A stretch of 57,273 nucleotides of DNA, from contig WTCA01000015.1 in the NCBI GenBank assembly GCA_013138805.1, positions 1 through 57,273 on the forward strand, read 5' to 3'. The DNA comes from an archaeon. Lineage in GTDB: Archaea > EX4484-52 > GLR71. Below, one piece after another: positions 33,019 to 41,688 of the stretch. Made by a program: the position numbers and the translations under genes. Within the stretch, counting starts at the first letter, position 1. Each line of letters starts with the position of its first letter. A model generated the notes under the pieces. That model was not told the DNA's origin. It saw only the letters and a program-made list of their open reading frames with translations, and did no database searches.

Positions 33019-33570
33019 ATGGGATACGAGACAGAGTTGATATTCATACAGGTGAACCATAGATTGAAAGGGTTTCAGAGAGTGATAGCTACCCTTCAGA
33101 TGGGTAAGATATGCTATGGTAAAATATACCAGCTGGTGCAAGAGTCAAAGGTGCATGACAAAGACCAGAAGCTTGGGGCTGAGATAGATGCATATGAGAG
33201 ACAGGCAGGAAGATGTTACATAGCTGACGGTGATTATACAGAGACCCTGAAGAAGATGCCTGAACAGGAGCGCAAGGCTGAGATAGACAAGCTGTTGAAG
33301 ATGTCAGCCACGCTGGACAGGAAACTGTGCTACATATATCGTGACTCAGACAGGCAGTGCTATACAGATAAATGCGGAGACATATTGATGGTGGTCAGTC
33401 TGAGCAACCTATACGCTACACTGATTGAGGAACAGGCTAGACTGATTTCAGAAGGTGAATTTGAAGTGGGATACAGACGGTTTGAGATGGCTATCAGGAT
33501 GATAGACAAATTCATGGACAAGAAGATCTGGGGGAACGAAGAACTCAAGGTCATAATGTGGGGTCATTGA
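33019..33570 (+). CDS. hypothetical protein
   Basis: Track ORF 32998..33570 (GTG). The ATG at 33019 follows AAGGAG. Confidence 0.6.
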   Translation: MGYETELIFIQVNHRLKGFQRVIATLQMGKICYGKIYQLVQESKVHDKDQKLGAEIDAYERQAGRCYIADGDYTETLKKMPEQERKAEIDKLLKMSATLDRKLCYIYRDSDRQCYTDKCGDILMVVSLSNLYATLIEEQARLISEGEFEVGYRRFEMAIRMIDKFMDKKIWGNEELKVIMWGH

Positions 33571-33571
33571 T

Positions 33572-34288
33572 ATGGATAATGATAAACTGAAAAAGATGAA
33601 ATTTTTATTTCACCTGAAAGAAGAACTGGATGCCGTGAGCATGACAGCTGATGAGCTGGTAGCCATATTGTCTGAGACCGATGGGCATGATAAGATAGAT
33701 GTTGCAGGCAGAGAATCTGTTGACAGGATCCCAGAGACATTGAAAGATAAGGATTGTGGGATCTCATCAACTGCGGTACAGCCCGATATAGATACTGGTG
33801 GCAATGCATCAGCCAAAGATTTAGGTGGCAATGCATCAGCAGACGCCAGAGCAGTTATATCTACGTTCCTGAGACGGACAGTATTGGCAGATGACCTGAC
33901 CGACGTCGCCAAGGACTTGATACATATGACATTTTTTGAAGGGCTTGATGATGATGACAATATCATCACTCCTGCTGTATCTATGCATAGGGCTATGATG
34001 CACAGGACAGGCAAGGACTTTGATATAGGGCTGGTATACAGCCTGCGGACTTGCTACAGTAAGTATCTGAAACAGACAGGACGTAAGGCAGTCAGTCTCA
34101 GGCGTGCTCATGACTTACGTACTATAGATAAAGATAACAGTATCCGTAACCTGCTCTATGACCTGCTGAACGACAGTGTGAGGAATAAAGATGTGATCAA
34201 AGTAATCAAGAAAAAGTTTGGTGTTGACATCACCAAGGAACAGGTCAAGTATTTCAAGAAGGTCAAGGAGAGCTACATAAAGAAATAG
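33572..34288 (+). CDS. hypothetical protein, paralog of the next gene
   Basis: MDNDKLKKMKFLFHLKEELDAVSMTADELVAILS resembles the next gene's N-terminus. C-terminal KKKFGVDITKEQVKYF motif. Confidence 0.65.
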   Translation: MDNDKLKKMKFLFHLKEELDAVSMTADELVAILSETDGHDKIDVAGRESVDRIPETLKDKDCGISSTAVQPDIDTGGNASAKDLGGNASADARAVISTFLRRTVLADDLTDVAKDLIHMTFFEGLDDDDNIITPAVSMHRAMMHRTGKDFDIGLVYSLRTCYSKYLKQTGRKAVSLRRAHDLRTIDKDNSIRNLLYDLLNDSVRNKDVIKVIKKKFGVDITKEQVKYFKKVKESYIKK

Positions 34289-34291
34289 GTG

Positions 34292-35551
34292 ATGCGTATG
34301 ACTATGAATGATACTGAAATTGAGAAGATGCGGTTTATCTTCAATCTGGGAAATAGGATAGAACATGTAGGATTGACTGCAGATGACCTGATCAAGATCT
34401 TGTCAGGTATCCATGAAGAACCTGTCAGTGAACCTGCCAGTGAACCTGTCAGTGAACCTGTCAGTGAACCTGTCAGTGAACCTGTCAGTGAACCTGTCGG
34501 TGAACCTGTCGCTGTAGATGTCAAGGGACTTATGGCTATGGACAGGATATCACCCACCAAGAATAAAGATAAGTTGGTAAGGCAGTATATCCACAGGTTC
34601 TTGATGCGGACTAAGTACACCAAAGATCTTGACTCGACAGACATAGGCAAGATAGAGTCTATGTTCTGTGCCAGTCTCGACAGCCGAGGACATCTGATAC
34701 CTGCATCTGACATGGTAGACATGATCGAGGCAGGTCTGGAAGGTATACATATAGACTGCTTTCTTGTATACGGTCTGCGCAGTGCGTACAGGAACTCTGT
34801 CAGGGATATCAAGCGTATAGCCATACCTAGGGTTGTACCCATAAGACCTTCAAAGTACAGGATGTCAGGCAAGCCTACCATGAAAGTTCTGGACAGGACA
34901 GGCAACATACGTAAGTTCATACTGACAGGTATCAATCTTGAGCTGTCCTGCAAGAAGGTCAAGCAGGCTGTCAAGAAAAAGTTTGGTGTTGACATGACAG
35001 TCAAACAGGTATCTACTGTCAGGTATATGGACAGGCTCAGTAAGGATACCAAGAGAACTATGCCTAAGCTTGAGACAGGCAAGACATACAAGGCAGATAA
35101 GACTGACAAGGCAGACAAGACTGATAAGACTGACAAGATAGATAAGCAACGTAGCATAATAACCATGCCTAAAGAACTGTCTGATGACAGGAGACTTAGG
35201 ATCAGCAGGTTCATCATAGCTCGGCATCATGACAATGTTCATGCCAAGGACATAGTCACCAAGGTCAAGGAAGTGTTCGGGGTAGACATCAACCTGCAGA
35301 GAGTATATGACACGACGTATGAAGACAGGAAGAGACGCAAGGAAAAGACTGCTGATAGGTTCAGCGCAAAGGATCCTGACACTGCCAAGGGCTATAAAGA
35401 TAGGAAGACTTACATAGATAAAGATAAAGACAAGGATAATGATAAGGATAAGGATAAAGATAAGGATAAGGATACAGGCAAGAGCCGTAAGCGTGGCAAG
35501 AAGGTCAGCGTGTTCATGGGGCAGGTCAGCAAAGTCATAAGTAGACAATAG
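34292..35551 (+). CDS. hypothetical protein with SEPV and KD tandem repeats, paralog of 33572..34288
   Basis: Track ORF 34289..35551. The start is ambiguous (34292, 34298 or 34304). KKKFGVDMTVKQV and KEVFGVDINLQRV motifs. Confidence 0.65.
   Translation: MRMTMNDTEIEKMRFIFNLGNRIEHVGLTADDLIKILSGIHEEPVSEPASEPVSEPVSEPVSEPVSEPVGEPVAVDVKGLMAMDRISPTKNKDKLVRQYIHRFLMRTKYTKDLDSTDIGKIESMFCASLDSRGHLIPASDMVDMIEAGLEGIHIDCFLVYGLRSAYRNSVRDIKRIAIPRVVPIRPSKYRMSGKPTMKVLDRTGNIRKFILTGINLELSCKKVKQAVKKKFGVDMTVKQVSTVRYMDRLSKDTKRTMPKLETGKTYKADKTDKADKTDKTDKIDKQRSIITMPKELSDDRRLRISRFIIARHHDNVHAKDIVTKVKEVFGVDINLQRVYDTTYEDRKRRKEKTADRFSAKDPDTAKGYKDRKTYIDKDKDKDNDKDKDKDKDKDTGKSRKRGKKVSVFMGQVSKVISRQ
34418..34513 (+). repeat. 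in-frame 12-nt tandem repeat x8 (GAACCTGTCAGT, encoding EPVS)
   Basis: Units at 34418, 34430, 34442, 34454, 34466, 34478, 34490 and 34502. Units 1 and 3-6 are identical to each other. Confidence 0.9.
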
Positions 35552-35571
35552 ATCATAGGAGATGATTGTGT

Positions 35572-36468
35572 ATGGATGTCAAGATCAAGATGGATGAAGA
35601 CCCTGTACTGGCTAAGTTCATGCACAGGCTTTATCAGTTGCCACCGTATCATTTCACGATAGCGTACTATGAGCATACCCTGACAGATGAGATACTTGAC
35701 ACTGTCGAGGAAAGAGGAGTGCGGGAATCACAGGTCAGGACGTTCAAGAGACTAAGGTCACCACAGCTCAGGCTGGTCGATCTGGATATGAGACTGGTCG
35801 GCATGATCGAGAACACTGATAATTCCATATTTTACAGACCTCTGTTCCATCCTAATATATTCATCAATAACGAGTTCATGTATCTTGAACATATCATCAA
35901 AGGCATCATGATAACTGAGTATGAGACCCATGCAGACACTAAGGACTGGATGGTCAGTTTCGTGGCTGTCGGTCTGAGAGACGGTATCTTGACAGGGCTA
36001 GATTATACAGGTAGCATAAAGCTCATAGAGTCAGACATAGAGCATAAGACCATGAAAGACGGTGCCAAGCAGTCAACGTATAACAAGATATGCAAGAGAG
36101 TACGGGTGCTGGCGGTCAACATAATCGATATGGTAGAGAATGAGAATGATTATCTGGGCATCCAGACTGTCAGCAGGTCACCTGAACAGAACGCCAAACG
36201 TGTCAAGAGAGGACAGATACCGATACCTACGACAGTCAAGATAAGACCTATAGGCGGGTTCATATCACAGGTGGAGAGCTTCAATGCGCATCTTGATGAT
36301 CACAGGAATAACAGGGCATACTCGCATAAGTTCATGGTGCGAGGTCACTGGCGACATTTCAGGTCTGAGAGATACAGCGATAAGAAGAGAGGCACTAAGA
36401 CATGGGTGTTCCCGTTCTATAAAGGGACAGGACTGATGGTCACCAAAGATTACGAGGTCAGGATCTGA
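35572..36468 (+). CDS. hypothetical protein
   Basis: Track ORF 35566..36468 (TTG). ATG at 35572. C-terminal HKFMVRGHWRHFRSERY...TWVFPFYKG motif of unknown meaning. Confidence 0.6.
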   Translation: MDVKIKMDEDPVLAKFMHRLYQLPPYHFTIAYYEHTLTDEILDTVEERGVRESQVRTFKRLRSPQLRLVDLDMRLVGMIENTDNSIFYRPLFHPNIFINNEFMYLEHIIKGIMITEYETHADTKDWMVSFVAVGLRDGILTGLDYTGSIKLIESDIEHKTMKDGAKQSTYNKICKRVRVLAVNIIDMVENENDYLGIQTVSRSPEQNAKRVKRGQIPIPTTVKIRPIGGFISQVESFNAHLDDHRNNRAYSHKFMVRGHWRHFRSERYSDKKRGTKTWVFPFYKGTGLMVTKDYEVRI

Positions 36469-36473
36469 TACAT

Positions 36474-37157
36474 ATGGCACATGATAGATCTGAGCTATAC
36501 ATCCTTATGATAGTCATTGTCATCGTTCCTATAGCTACCTTGTATGTCAACCATGAGACTGCACAGAGATACGCATCATTGACAGCAGACCATGAGGCTA
36601 CACTGGACAGGCTGGCTGTCATAGGTCAGGATCTTGAGCACATGACCGAACTGCATGAGATTGAGCGGGACATCAAGGTCAGGGAGATAGAGACACTGTC
36701 AGGAGACCTGAAAGAGGTCACCCACGAAAATTTTAACCTGAAACGAGAGCTGAGAGACAATGAGATACAGTTTTATGAGACCTATGACCTCAAGACCAGC
36801 CCGACATATGCAGATGTCATAGAGTTCATAGACGCAGATGACACAGATAGGCTTTCATATGTACTCCATGACCATGACTGCACGCAGTTCTCTAATACAG
36901 TTATACGGAACGCATTGACATCGGGACTGTTTGCCTGCGCAGTGGACATCAGCCTTGACTCTGACGCAGATGGTATAGTGGATATGGGTCATGCTATCGT
37001 GGCATTCAATACTGTTGACCGAGGCATAATATATATAGAGCCTCAAGATGACAGGGTACTGGATATGCATATAGGCATGATCATTAACAGGCTTCAAGTA
37101 CTGCAATATGATTCTTGTTTTGAAATGAGACATATGGGACATTTTATGGGACATTGA
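36474..37157 (+). CDS. membrane-anchored protein with transglutaminase-like/papain-fold Cys-His-Asp candidate domain
   Basis: N-terminal TM segment, then a coiled-coil, then DHDCTQFSNTVIRNAL...GHAIVAFNTVDRGIIYIEPQDD. This is the C...H...D order typical of transglutaminase-like peptidases. Confidence 0.4.
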   Translation: MAHDRSELYILMIVIVIVPIATLYVNHETAQRYASLTADHEATLDRLAVIGQDLEHMTELHEIERDIKVREIETLSGDLKEVTHENFNLKRELRDNEIQFYETYDLKTSPTYADVIEFIDADDTDRLSYVLHDHDCTQFSNTVIRNALTSGLFACAVDISLDSDADGIVDMGHAIVAFNTVDRGIIYIEPQDDRVLDMHIGMIINRLQVLQYDSCFEMRHMGHFMGH

Positions 37158-37158
37158 G

Positions 37159-37335
37159 ATGATGGGTATGGTACGGACAAAGGAACAATTAGAAGAGTAT
37201 TTCAGGCAACAAGAAAAGATTGAGACTGAAGAATTGAGACAGGTAATAAATTTCATGATATTCCTTACAGAAAAATATGATCTGAGAGGTATTGACCTGT
37301 TAGAATTAGAAGGGATGTTACCGCCGGAAAACTGA
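37159..37335 (+). CDS. hypothetical small protein (58 aa, hand-translated)
   Basis: MMGMVRTKEQLEEYFRQQEKIETEELRQVINFMIFLTEKYDLRGIDLLELEGMLPPEN. Confidence 0.4.
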   Translation: MMGMVRTKEQLEEYFRQQEKIETEELRQVINFMIFLTEKYDLRGIDLLELEGMLPPEN

Positions 37336-37345
37336 TGTGATAGAT

Positions 37346-38026
37346 ATGGCAGAGACCAAGATACATAAGAGAAAGACTGATCTGGAAAAGGCAGACATCA
37401 AGCTCAAGAGAGATATGTCTGAGTTCATGGGCATCTGGAAATGGGTAGGCATACTGATAATATTGACCTTGATATTCTCAGGTGGCACAGAGATAGTCGA
37501 GATAGAGGTACCCAAGATAGTTCAGACAGTCTCTACGATGACTCTCCTGAGCGATGTGACCGGCAGTGTAGATATCAAGTGCTACAATGACAGTGCAGGA
37601 GATGACAGTGAACCTTACAGGTATTTCTATGACATCCCCATACTGAACGATGACCTAAGCCCTGACCTGTCTAAGGTGCGGACAGAAGCCATAGATACCT
37701 TGCCGAAAGGTTCTCTGACACAGATAGATACATTTATGTATCCTGTCATAGAAGAACCGTACGTGGACACTTATGTGGCTGTATATGACTATGATTCCTG
37801 TGCATTGACCAAGATACATATAAGGTATAATCTGGTCAGGTACATAGACAATATCAAGGTGATCGATATAGACACGTCCAGCTATGGACATATATCACCA
37901 TCCTCAGGTGATTTCTGCAATGATGATGACTCATATGAGATCCATAGATGCCTTAACGACCAGCTGTCTGAGTATGTTGACCTGACATCTGTACAGGGCT
38001 GGAAAGATATAATATATGAAATGTGA
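37346..38026 (+). CDS. membrane protein
   Basis: Track ORF 37337..38026 (GTG). ATG at 37346. TM segment WKWVGILIILTLIFSGG. Confidence 0.6.
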   Translation: MAETKIHKRKTDLEKADIKLKRDMSEFMGIWKWVGILIILTLIFSGGTEIVEIEVPKIVQTVSTMTLLSDVTGSVDIKCYNDSAGDDSEPYRYFYDIPILNDDLSPDLSKVRTEAIDTLPKGSLTQIDTFMYPVIEEPYVDTYVAVYDYDSCALTKIHIRYNLVRYIDNIKVIDIDTSSYGHISPSSGDFCNDDDSYEIHRCLNDQLSEYVDLTSVQGWKDIIYEM

Positions 38027-38035
38027 TAGGTGTAA

Positions 38036-39145
38036 ATGATGGAATTTGACTTGAGCAAGAAAGCGACTGATGAAAGGTTACATGAATTTGCTGAGAAGAT
38101 ACAGGCTCTGTCTAGACAGATAGGGTTTAAGGTCTCTGCTAGAGGTTGGGCGTACCAGCTTGAGACAGAACGACTGGTCAACAAGGATGAGTTCGACAAG
38201 GTAGAATCTTGGATCAATAGGTGTAGACGAAATGGTATATTGCCTATAGATTTCACTGCTGAGGAAGAGGGCAGAAAATTCAGCGGTGTCGAGGTTCCAG
38301 AATCTAGGTCACCAAAAAAGTATCTGAGGTCATGGATAGACCAGACCATGAGAGCTGAAAAATGGTATGTACCAGATTGGTGGACGGGTGAAAAGTATTA
38401 TATACAGATGCTGGTCGAGAAAGTAGACCTGAAGACATTATTTATGCCTATATGTGAAGAGTTCCATATCCCTATCGCAACCAGCAAAGGTTGGAGCAGT
38501 ATGTTGCAGAGATCTGAATATGCACGGAGATTCAAGGAAGCTGAGGATAAGGGTCTTAAATGTGTCCTGCTATACTGTGGCGATTTTGACCCTGACGGAC
38601 TCAGGATATCTGAGCATATCAGAAAAAATCTATCAGACCTGAAGAACGTGAGATGGGATGATAGGGTACAAGGATACAATCCTAAGAACCTGATAATAGA
38701 GCGGTTCGGTCTTGAGCATGACTTCATACAGAAACATGGACTGACATGGATAGATAACCTGATCACGGGAAGCGGTTGTGAACTGGCAAGAGTTGTAGAC
38801 GGAAAGATCGTTGCAGGTCTGAACAAGAAACATCAACCCCACAAGAATTTTGGTATGATATATCTTCAGGAGTACCTGAAAAATTATGGGGTACGGAAAT
38901 GTGAAGCTAACGCATTGATCGTGTTGCCAGACATAGCCAGAGAGCTGGTGAAAGATACCATAATCGAGTATCTCGGTACAGGCGCACTGGAAAGGTTCGA
39001 TAATAAGAAACAGAATATTGTGGACAGGTTCAATGATTTCAGGGCTAGGTCAGGTCTGCAGGAATCATTGCAGAATGCATTGGACTTGATAGATGAAGAT
39101 GAAGATGACGCTGAGGATGAGGATGAAGATACTTATGAAATGTGA
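38036..39145 (+). CDS. Top6A/Spo11-like Toprim-domain protein (orphan)
   Basis: MLVEKVDLKTLF (Toprim Glu) and LLYCGDFDPDGLRI (DxDPxG) match the Topo VI-A/Spo11 Toprim signature. Acidic tail. Confidence 0.5.
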   Translation: MMEFDLSKKATDERLHEFAEKIQALSRQIGFKVSARGWAYQLETERLVNKDEFDKVESWINRCRRNGILPIDFTAEEEGRKFSGVEVPESRSPKKYLRSWIDQTMRAEKWYVPDWWTGEKYYIQMLVEKVDLKTLFMPICEEFHIPIATSKGWSSMLQRSEYARRFKEAEDKGLKCVLLYCGDFDPDGLRISEHIRKNLSDLKNVRWDDRVQGYNPKNLIIERFGLEHDFIQKHGLTWIDNLITGSGCELARVVDGKIVAGLNKKHQPHKNFGMIYLQEYLKNYGVRKCEANALIVLPDIARELVKDTIIEYLGTGALERFDNKKQNIVDRFNDFRARSGLQESLQNALDLIDEDEDDAEDEDEDTYEM

Positions 39146-39278
39146 ATTAACAATAGAGGGTATACTTATTATTGAATCTGAAAGTGATATTGAAGAATAT
39201 GCTCTCAGGAGATGGAAAGAAAAAAATGAATATGACACCTATTTTACTGATGTTATAAAGATTAAAAAAAGGCGATGA
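39135..39278 (+). CDS. hypothetical small protein
   Basis: The ATG at 39135 overlaps the end of the previous gene. 47 aa. Confidence 0.35.
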   Translation: MKCELTIEGILIIESESDIEEYALRRWKEKNEYDTYFTDVIKIKKRR

Positions 39279-39297
39279 ATGTGATAGGTGACAATGA

Positions 39298-39849
39298 ATG
39301 GTACTAAAGACAATCAAGATAGATGGCTATGATATTAATTCTGATGATGTCTGGATGTACATCCAGCATTTTGGAAAAGATAGATCAAATCTGAACGCTT
39401 GGGAAAAGATGCGCAGAGCATTGCATGACTATATATTTGAAAACCTGAACCTTGACAGACATTCAGATGAAGGACTAAAGTTTGGAAAACAGTTTGATGC
39501 TTGGGCAGAGCCACATATATTGAAATATGACCCGATCTCCGCCAAGGCTAAGAGATTAGCGACTGCAGATACAGATACAGAGATAGAAGCATCTCAGATG
39601 ATGTTAAAGATAGAGATAGAAAGACAAAAAATGTTAGATAGATCTGGTGGACGAAATTTCACAGTCAATGATAAGAACTTCTGCAGGATCTGTGACAGAG
39701 AGTTGGTAGACTGTGTGGGTCGCATGAATGATCATCTTATGTGTCCGACAGGTTTTGATCCTATAGATGCCCCGATCTGTCTGGACTGCGCACATAAAAA
39801 TCCAGATGAGTATCATATTGCATTCAAAAAACAATCTATACAACGGTGA
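39298..39849 (+). CDS. Cys-rich (zinc-binding-like) protein
   Basis: 183 aa. CRICDRELVDC...CPTG...CLDCAH cluster. Confidence 0.6.
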   Translation: MVLKTIKIDGYDINSDDVWMYIQHFGKDRSNLNAWEKMRRALHDYIFENLNLDRHSDEGLKFGKQFDAWAEPHILKYDPISAKAKRLATADTDTEIEASQMMLKIEIERQKMLDRSGGRNFTVNDKNFCRICDRELVDCVGRMNDHLMCPTGFDPIDAPICLDCAHKNPDEYHIAFKKQSIQR

Positions 39850-39851
39850 AG

Positions 39852-40232
39852 ATGATGGAGATAATATTTGAGGGACGAAGAGAAGATAAAGATGAATTGG
39901 TCAAGGGCAATCTAGTGGTAGGCTCGCAGGAAGGACATGCATTGCATAGGATCGTGAATCAGGACACTGAACAAGAAGTGACAGGCGAATTTACGAGCTA
40001 TTCAGTCATTCCATCAACAGTCAGACAGATAAAGACATCTAGGATGCTGTTGGATGAAGCGATAGCGCAGTTCATAGGATTTGTATTATGCAACGGCGGT
40101 TTTGATATAGTTGAACTTGTCAGTGGCATGGGCTTGAAACATGATGAATGGATGACCATAAAAGAGGAGACCAGCAATCTAGATGAAGGACAGGTCAAGG
40201 AAATAGATGATTATTTCAAGGAGCGTGATTGA
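39852..40232 (+). CDS. hypothetical protein
   Basis: Track ORF 39846..40232 (GTG). ATG at 39852. Confidence 0.55.
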   Translation: MMEIIFEGRREDKDELVKGNLVVGSQEGHALHRIVNQDTEQEVTGEFTSYSVIPSTVRQIKTSRMLLDEAIAQFIGFVLCNGGFDIVELVSGMGLKHDEWMTIKEETSNLDEGQVKEIDDYFKERD

Positions 40233-40233
40233 C

Positions 40234-40581
40234 ATGTCAATACTGAATGCTTGCTCGACAGATATACCAGAGGTCATATCTATGTTGATAGATAAGATGG
40301 GCAATAAATCGAGCATATATACAGGCTCGCCGGTGAGCCTTGTACTGGATGACCTTGAGGCAGGTATGATGGCTCTTGCCAATGTGCAGATAAATAAGGA
40401 AGGTGGCAAGGACAGGATATCTGACATGCTCATCAGAGAGATCGATGATGCCAAAGGCAAAGAGGCAGAGTTGGATACATTGATAGAGGACATGACAGTC
40501 AAGTTCTTTGTCATCAAGATAATACAGGCGCTGGTCGAGAAAGAAAATCTAAGGAGAGCTAAGGGGTCATATATATGTTGA
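40234..40581 (+). CDS. hypothetical protein
   Basis: Track ORF 40207..40581. The ATG at 40234 starts 2 nt after the upstream stop. Confidence 0.55.
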   Translation: MSILNACSTDIPEVISMLIDKMGNKSSIYTGSPVSLVLDDLEAGMMALANVQINKEGGKDRISDMLIREIDDAKGKEAELDTLIEDMTVKFFVIKIIQALVEKENLRRAKGSYIC

Positions 40582-40799
40582 TAGAGAAATATGATACATG
40601 GGACACGTTTGACTCAGTCATGAACGTGCTGTTGAGGTTAGAGGCTGAGAAATACAGGATATTGTCAGACAGTCCTGAGCAGGTGCCGGCAATACAGTAT
40701 ATACTGATGGAAGTCAGACTGCAAGACATTGAGATGGCACAACAGAAAGGTCTGGATTATGTACACGGATTTCTGGAGAGACATTTTGCAGGGTGCTGA
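40575..40799 (+). CDS. hypothetical protein
   Basis: 74 aa ORF. Confidence 0.5.
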   Translation: MLIEKYDTWDTFDSVMNVLLRLEAEKYRILSDSPEQVPAIQYILMEVRLQDIEMAQQKGLDYVHGFLERHFAGC

Positions 40800-40800
40800 C

Positions 40801-40995
40801 ATGTTAAGATGCTTGTTGCTGGGTCATGACTGGCTGTACTATGACAAGGCGCAGTTTATCAGGACATATCCTGACAGAGACGTTGCGCCTGTCATAAGAT
40901 ATAAACACTGCAAGAGACGGTGTATCAGGTGCAGACGGAAAGAGGAGACTGTCAGTGGTGGGATATACGGGATGAAATGGAAGAGGATAGGATAA
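40801..40995 (+). CDS. small Cys-rich prophage-type protein (DUF1660-like, from memory)
   Basis: MLRCLLLGHDWLYYD...HCKRRCIRCRRKE. The C-x-x-x-G-H-x-W start plus a late CxxC resembles that small prophage family. Confidence 0.45.
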   Translation: MLRCLLLGHDWLYYDKAQFIRTYPDRDVAPVIRYKHCKRRCIRCRRKEETVSGGIYGMKWKRIG

Positions 40996-40997
40996 AT

Positions 40998-41264
40998 ATG
41001 ATAGAGAATGAATTGTTGCTGAACCTCATGACACCTTATGTGTACATGTTCATAGGGATCGTATGTGGATACATGATAGGTATCAGGACAGGAATAATCA
41101 GGTGCTGGTCTGACCTGTGGTACGCATTCTTTCCGTTACAGACAGTGCCCATGACAGACTGGGAGATTGAGTCTGAGAGACAGAGGGTCAATAATATAGG
41201 CTACGGTATCTTATGCTTCATCTTGGCTGTGACCTGTTTTGTGCTTGCAGTATTTATGAGGTAA
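40998..41264 (+). CDS. membrane protein
   Basis: Track ORF 40920..41264. ATG at 40998. Two TM helices. Confidence 0.5.
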   Translation: MIENELLLNLMTPYVYMFIGIVCGYMIGIRTGIIRCWSDLWYAFFPLQTVPMTDWEIESERQRVNNIGYGILCFILAVTCFVLAVFMR

Positions 41265-41269
41265 ATTAT

Positions 41270-41524
41270 ATGAGAGACAAGATACGGATCACAGGACAGC
41301 CACATAAGATGTGGGCTGTGTTCAGGAGATGCACCACATACACCGAATGGTCTCTCCAAGAGATCTGTGAGGAAAGCACAGCCAGAGCAATGCTCAGGTT
41401 CGAGGATTTTGTGGGTGGCAAGATGTCCAACACAGTCAGGCTGATAGGTCTTGAAAGACAGATATTGCCAGTCACTGTGACACTGAAGAGACGGAGACAC
41501 AGCAAGGCTGGGGACAGTGCATGA
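41270..41524 (+). CDS. hypothetical protein
   Basis: Track ORF 41213..41524. ATG at 41270. Confidence 0.5.
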   Translation: MRDKIRITGQPHKMWAVFRRCTTYTEWSLQEICEESTARAMLRFEDFVGGKMSNTVRLIGLERQILPVTVTLKRRRHSKAGDSA

Positions 41525-41526
41525 AA

Positions 41527-41688
41527 TGGATTATAAGAGAGCATGGGATACCTTGAAAGCCGAGTCTGGGTACAGGGATACCAAGAGCGGATCTCATATC
41601 AGCGATGTATCTCTCCTAGAGCTGATGGAAGCCATGGAACTGAGGATCAGGCACGAAGATAAACTGAAAAGGACGGATAAGATATGAG
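41527..41688 (+). CDS. hypothetical small protein (53 aa, hand-translated)
   Basis: MDYKRAWDTLKAESGYRDTK.... ATGA overlap with the next gene. Confidence 0.4.

Noticed and set aside
34273-35676. Minus-strand ORFs 34273..35217 (314 aa), 34865..35548 (227 aa) and 35410..35676.
   Set aside because: They are antisense to 34292..35551, and their openness is explained by the 12-nt and KD repeats. The plus-strand product has a paralog (33572..34288), which supports the plus frame.
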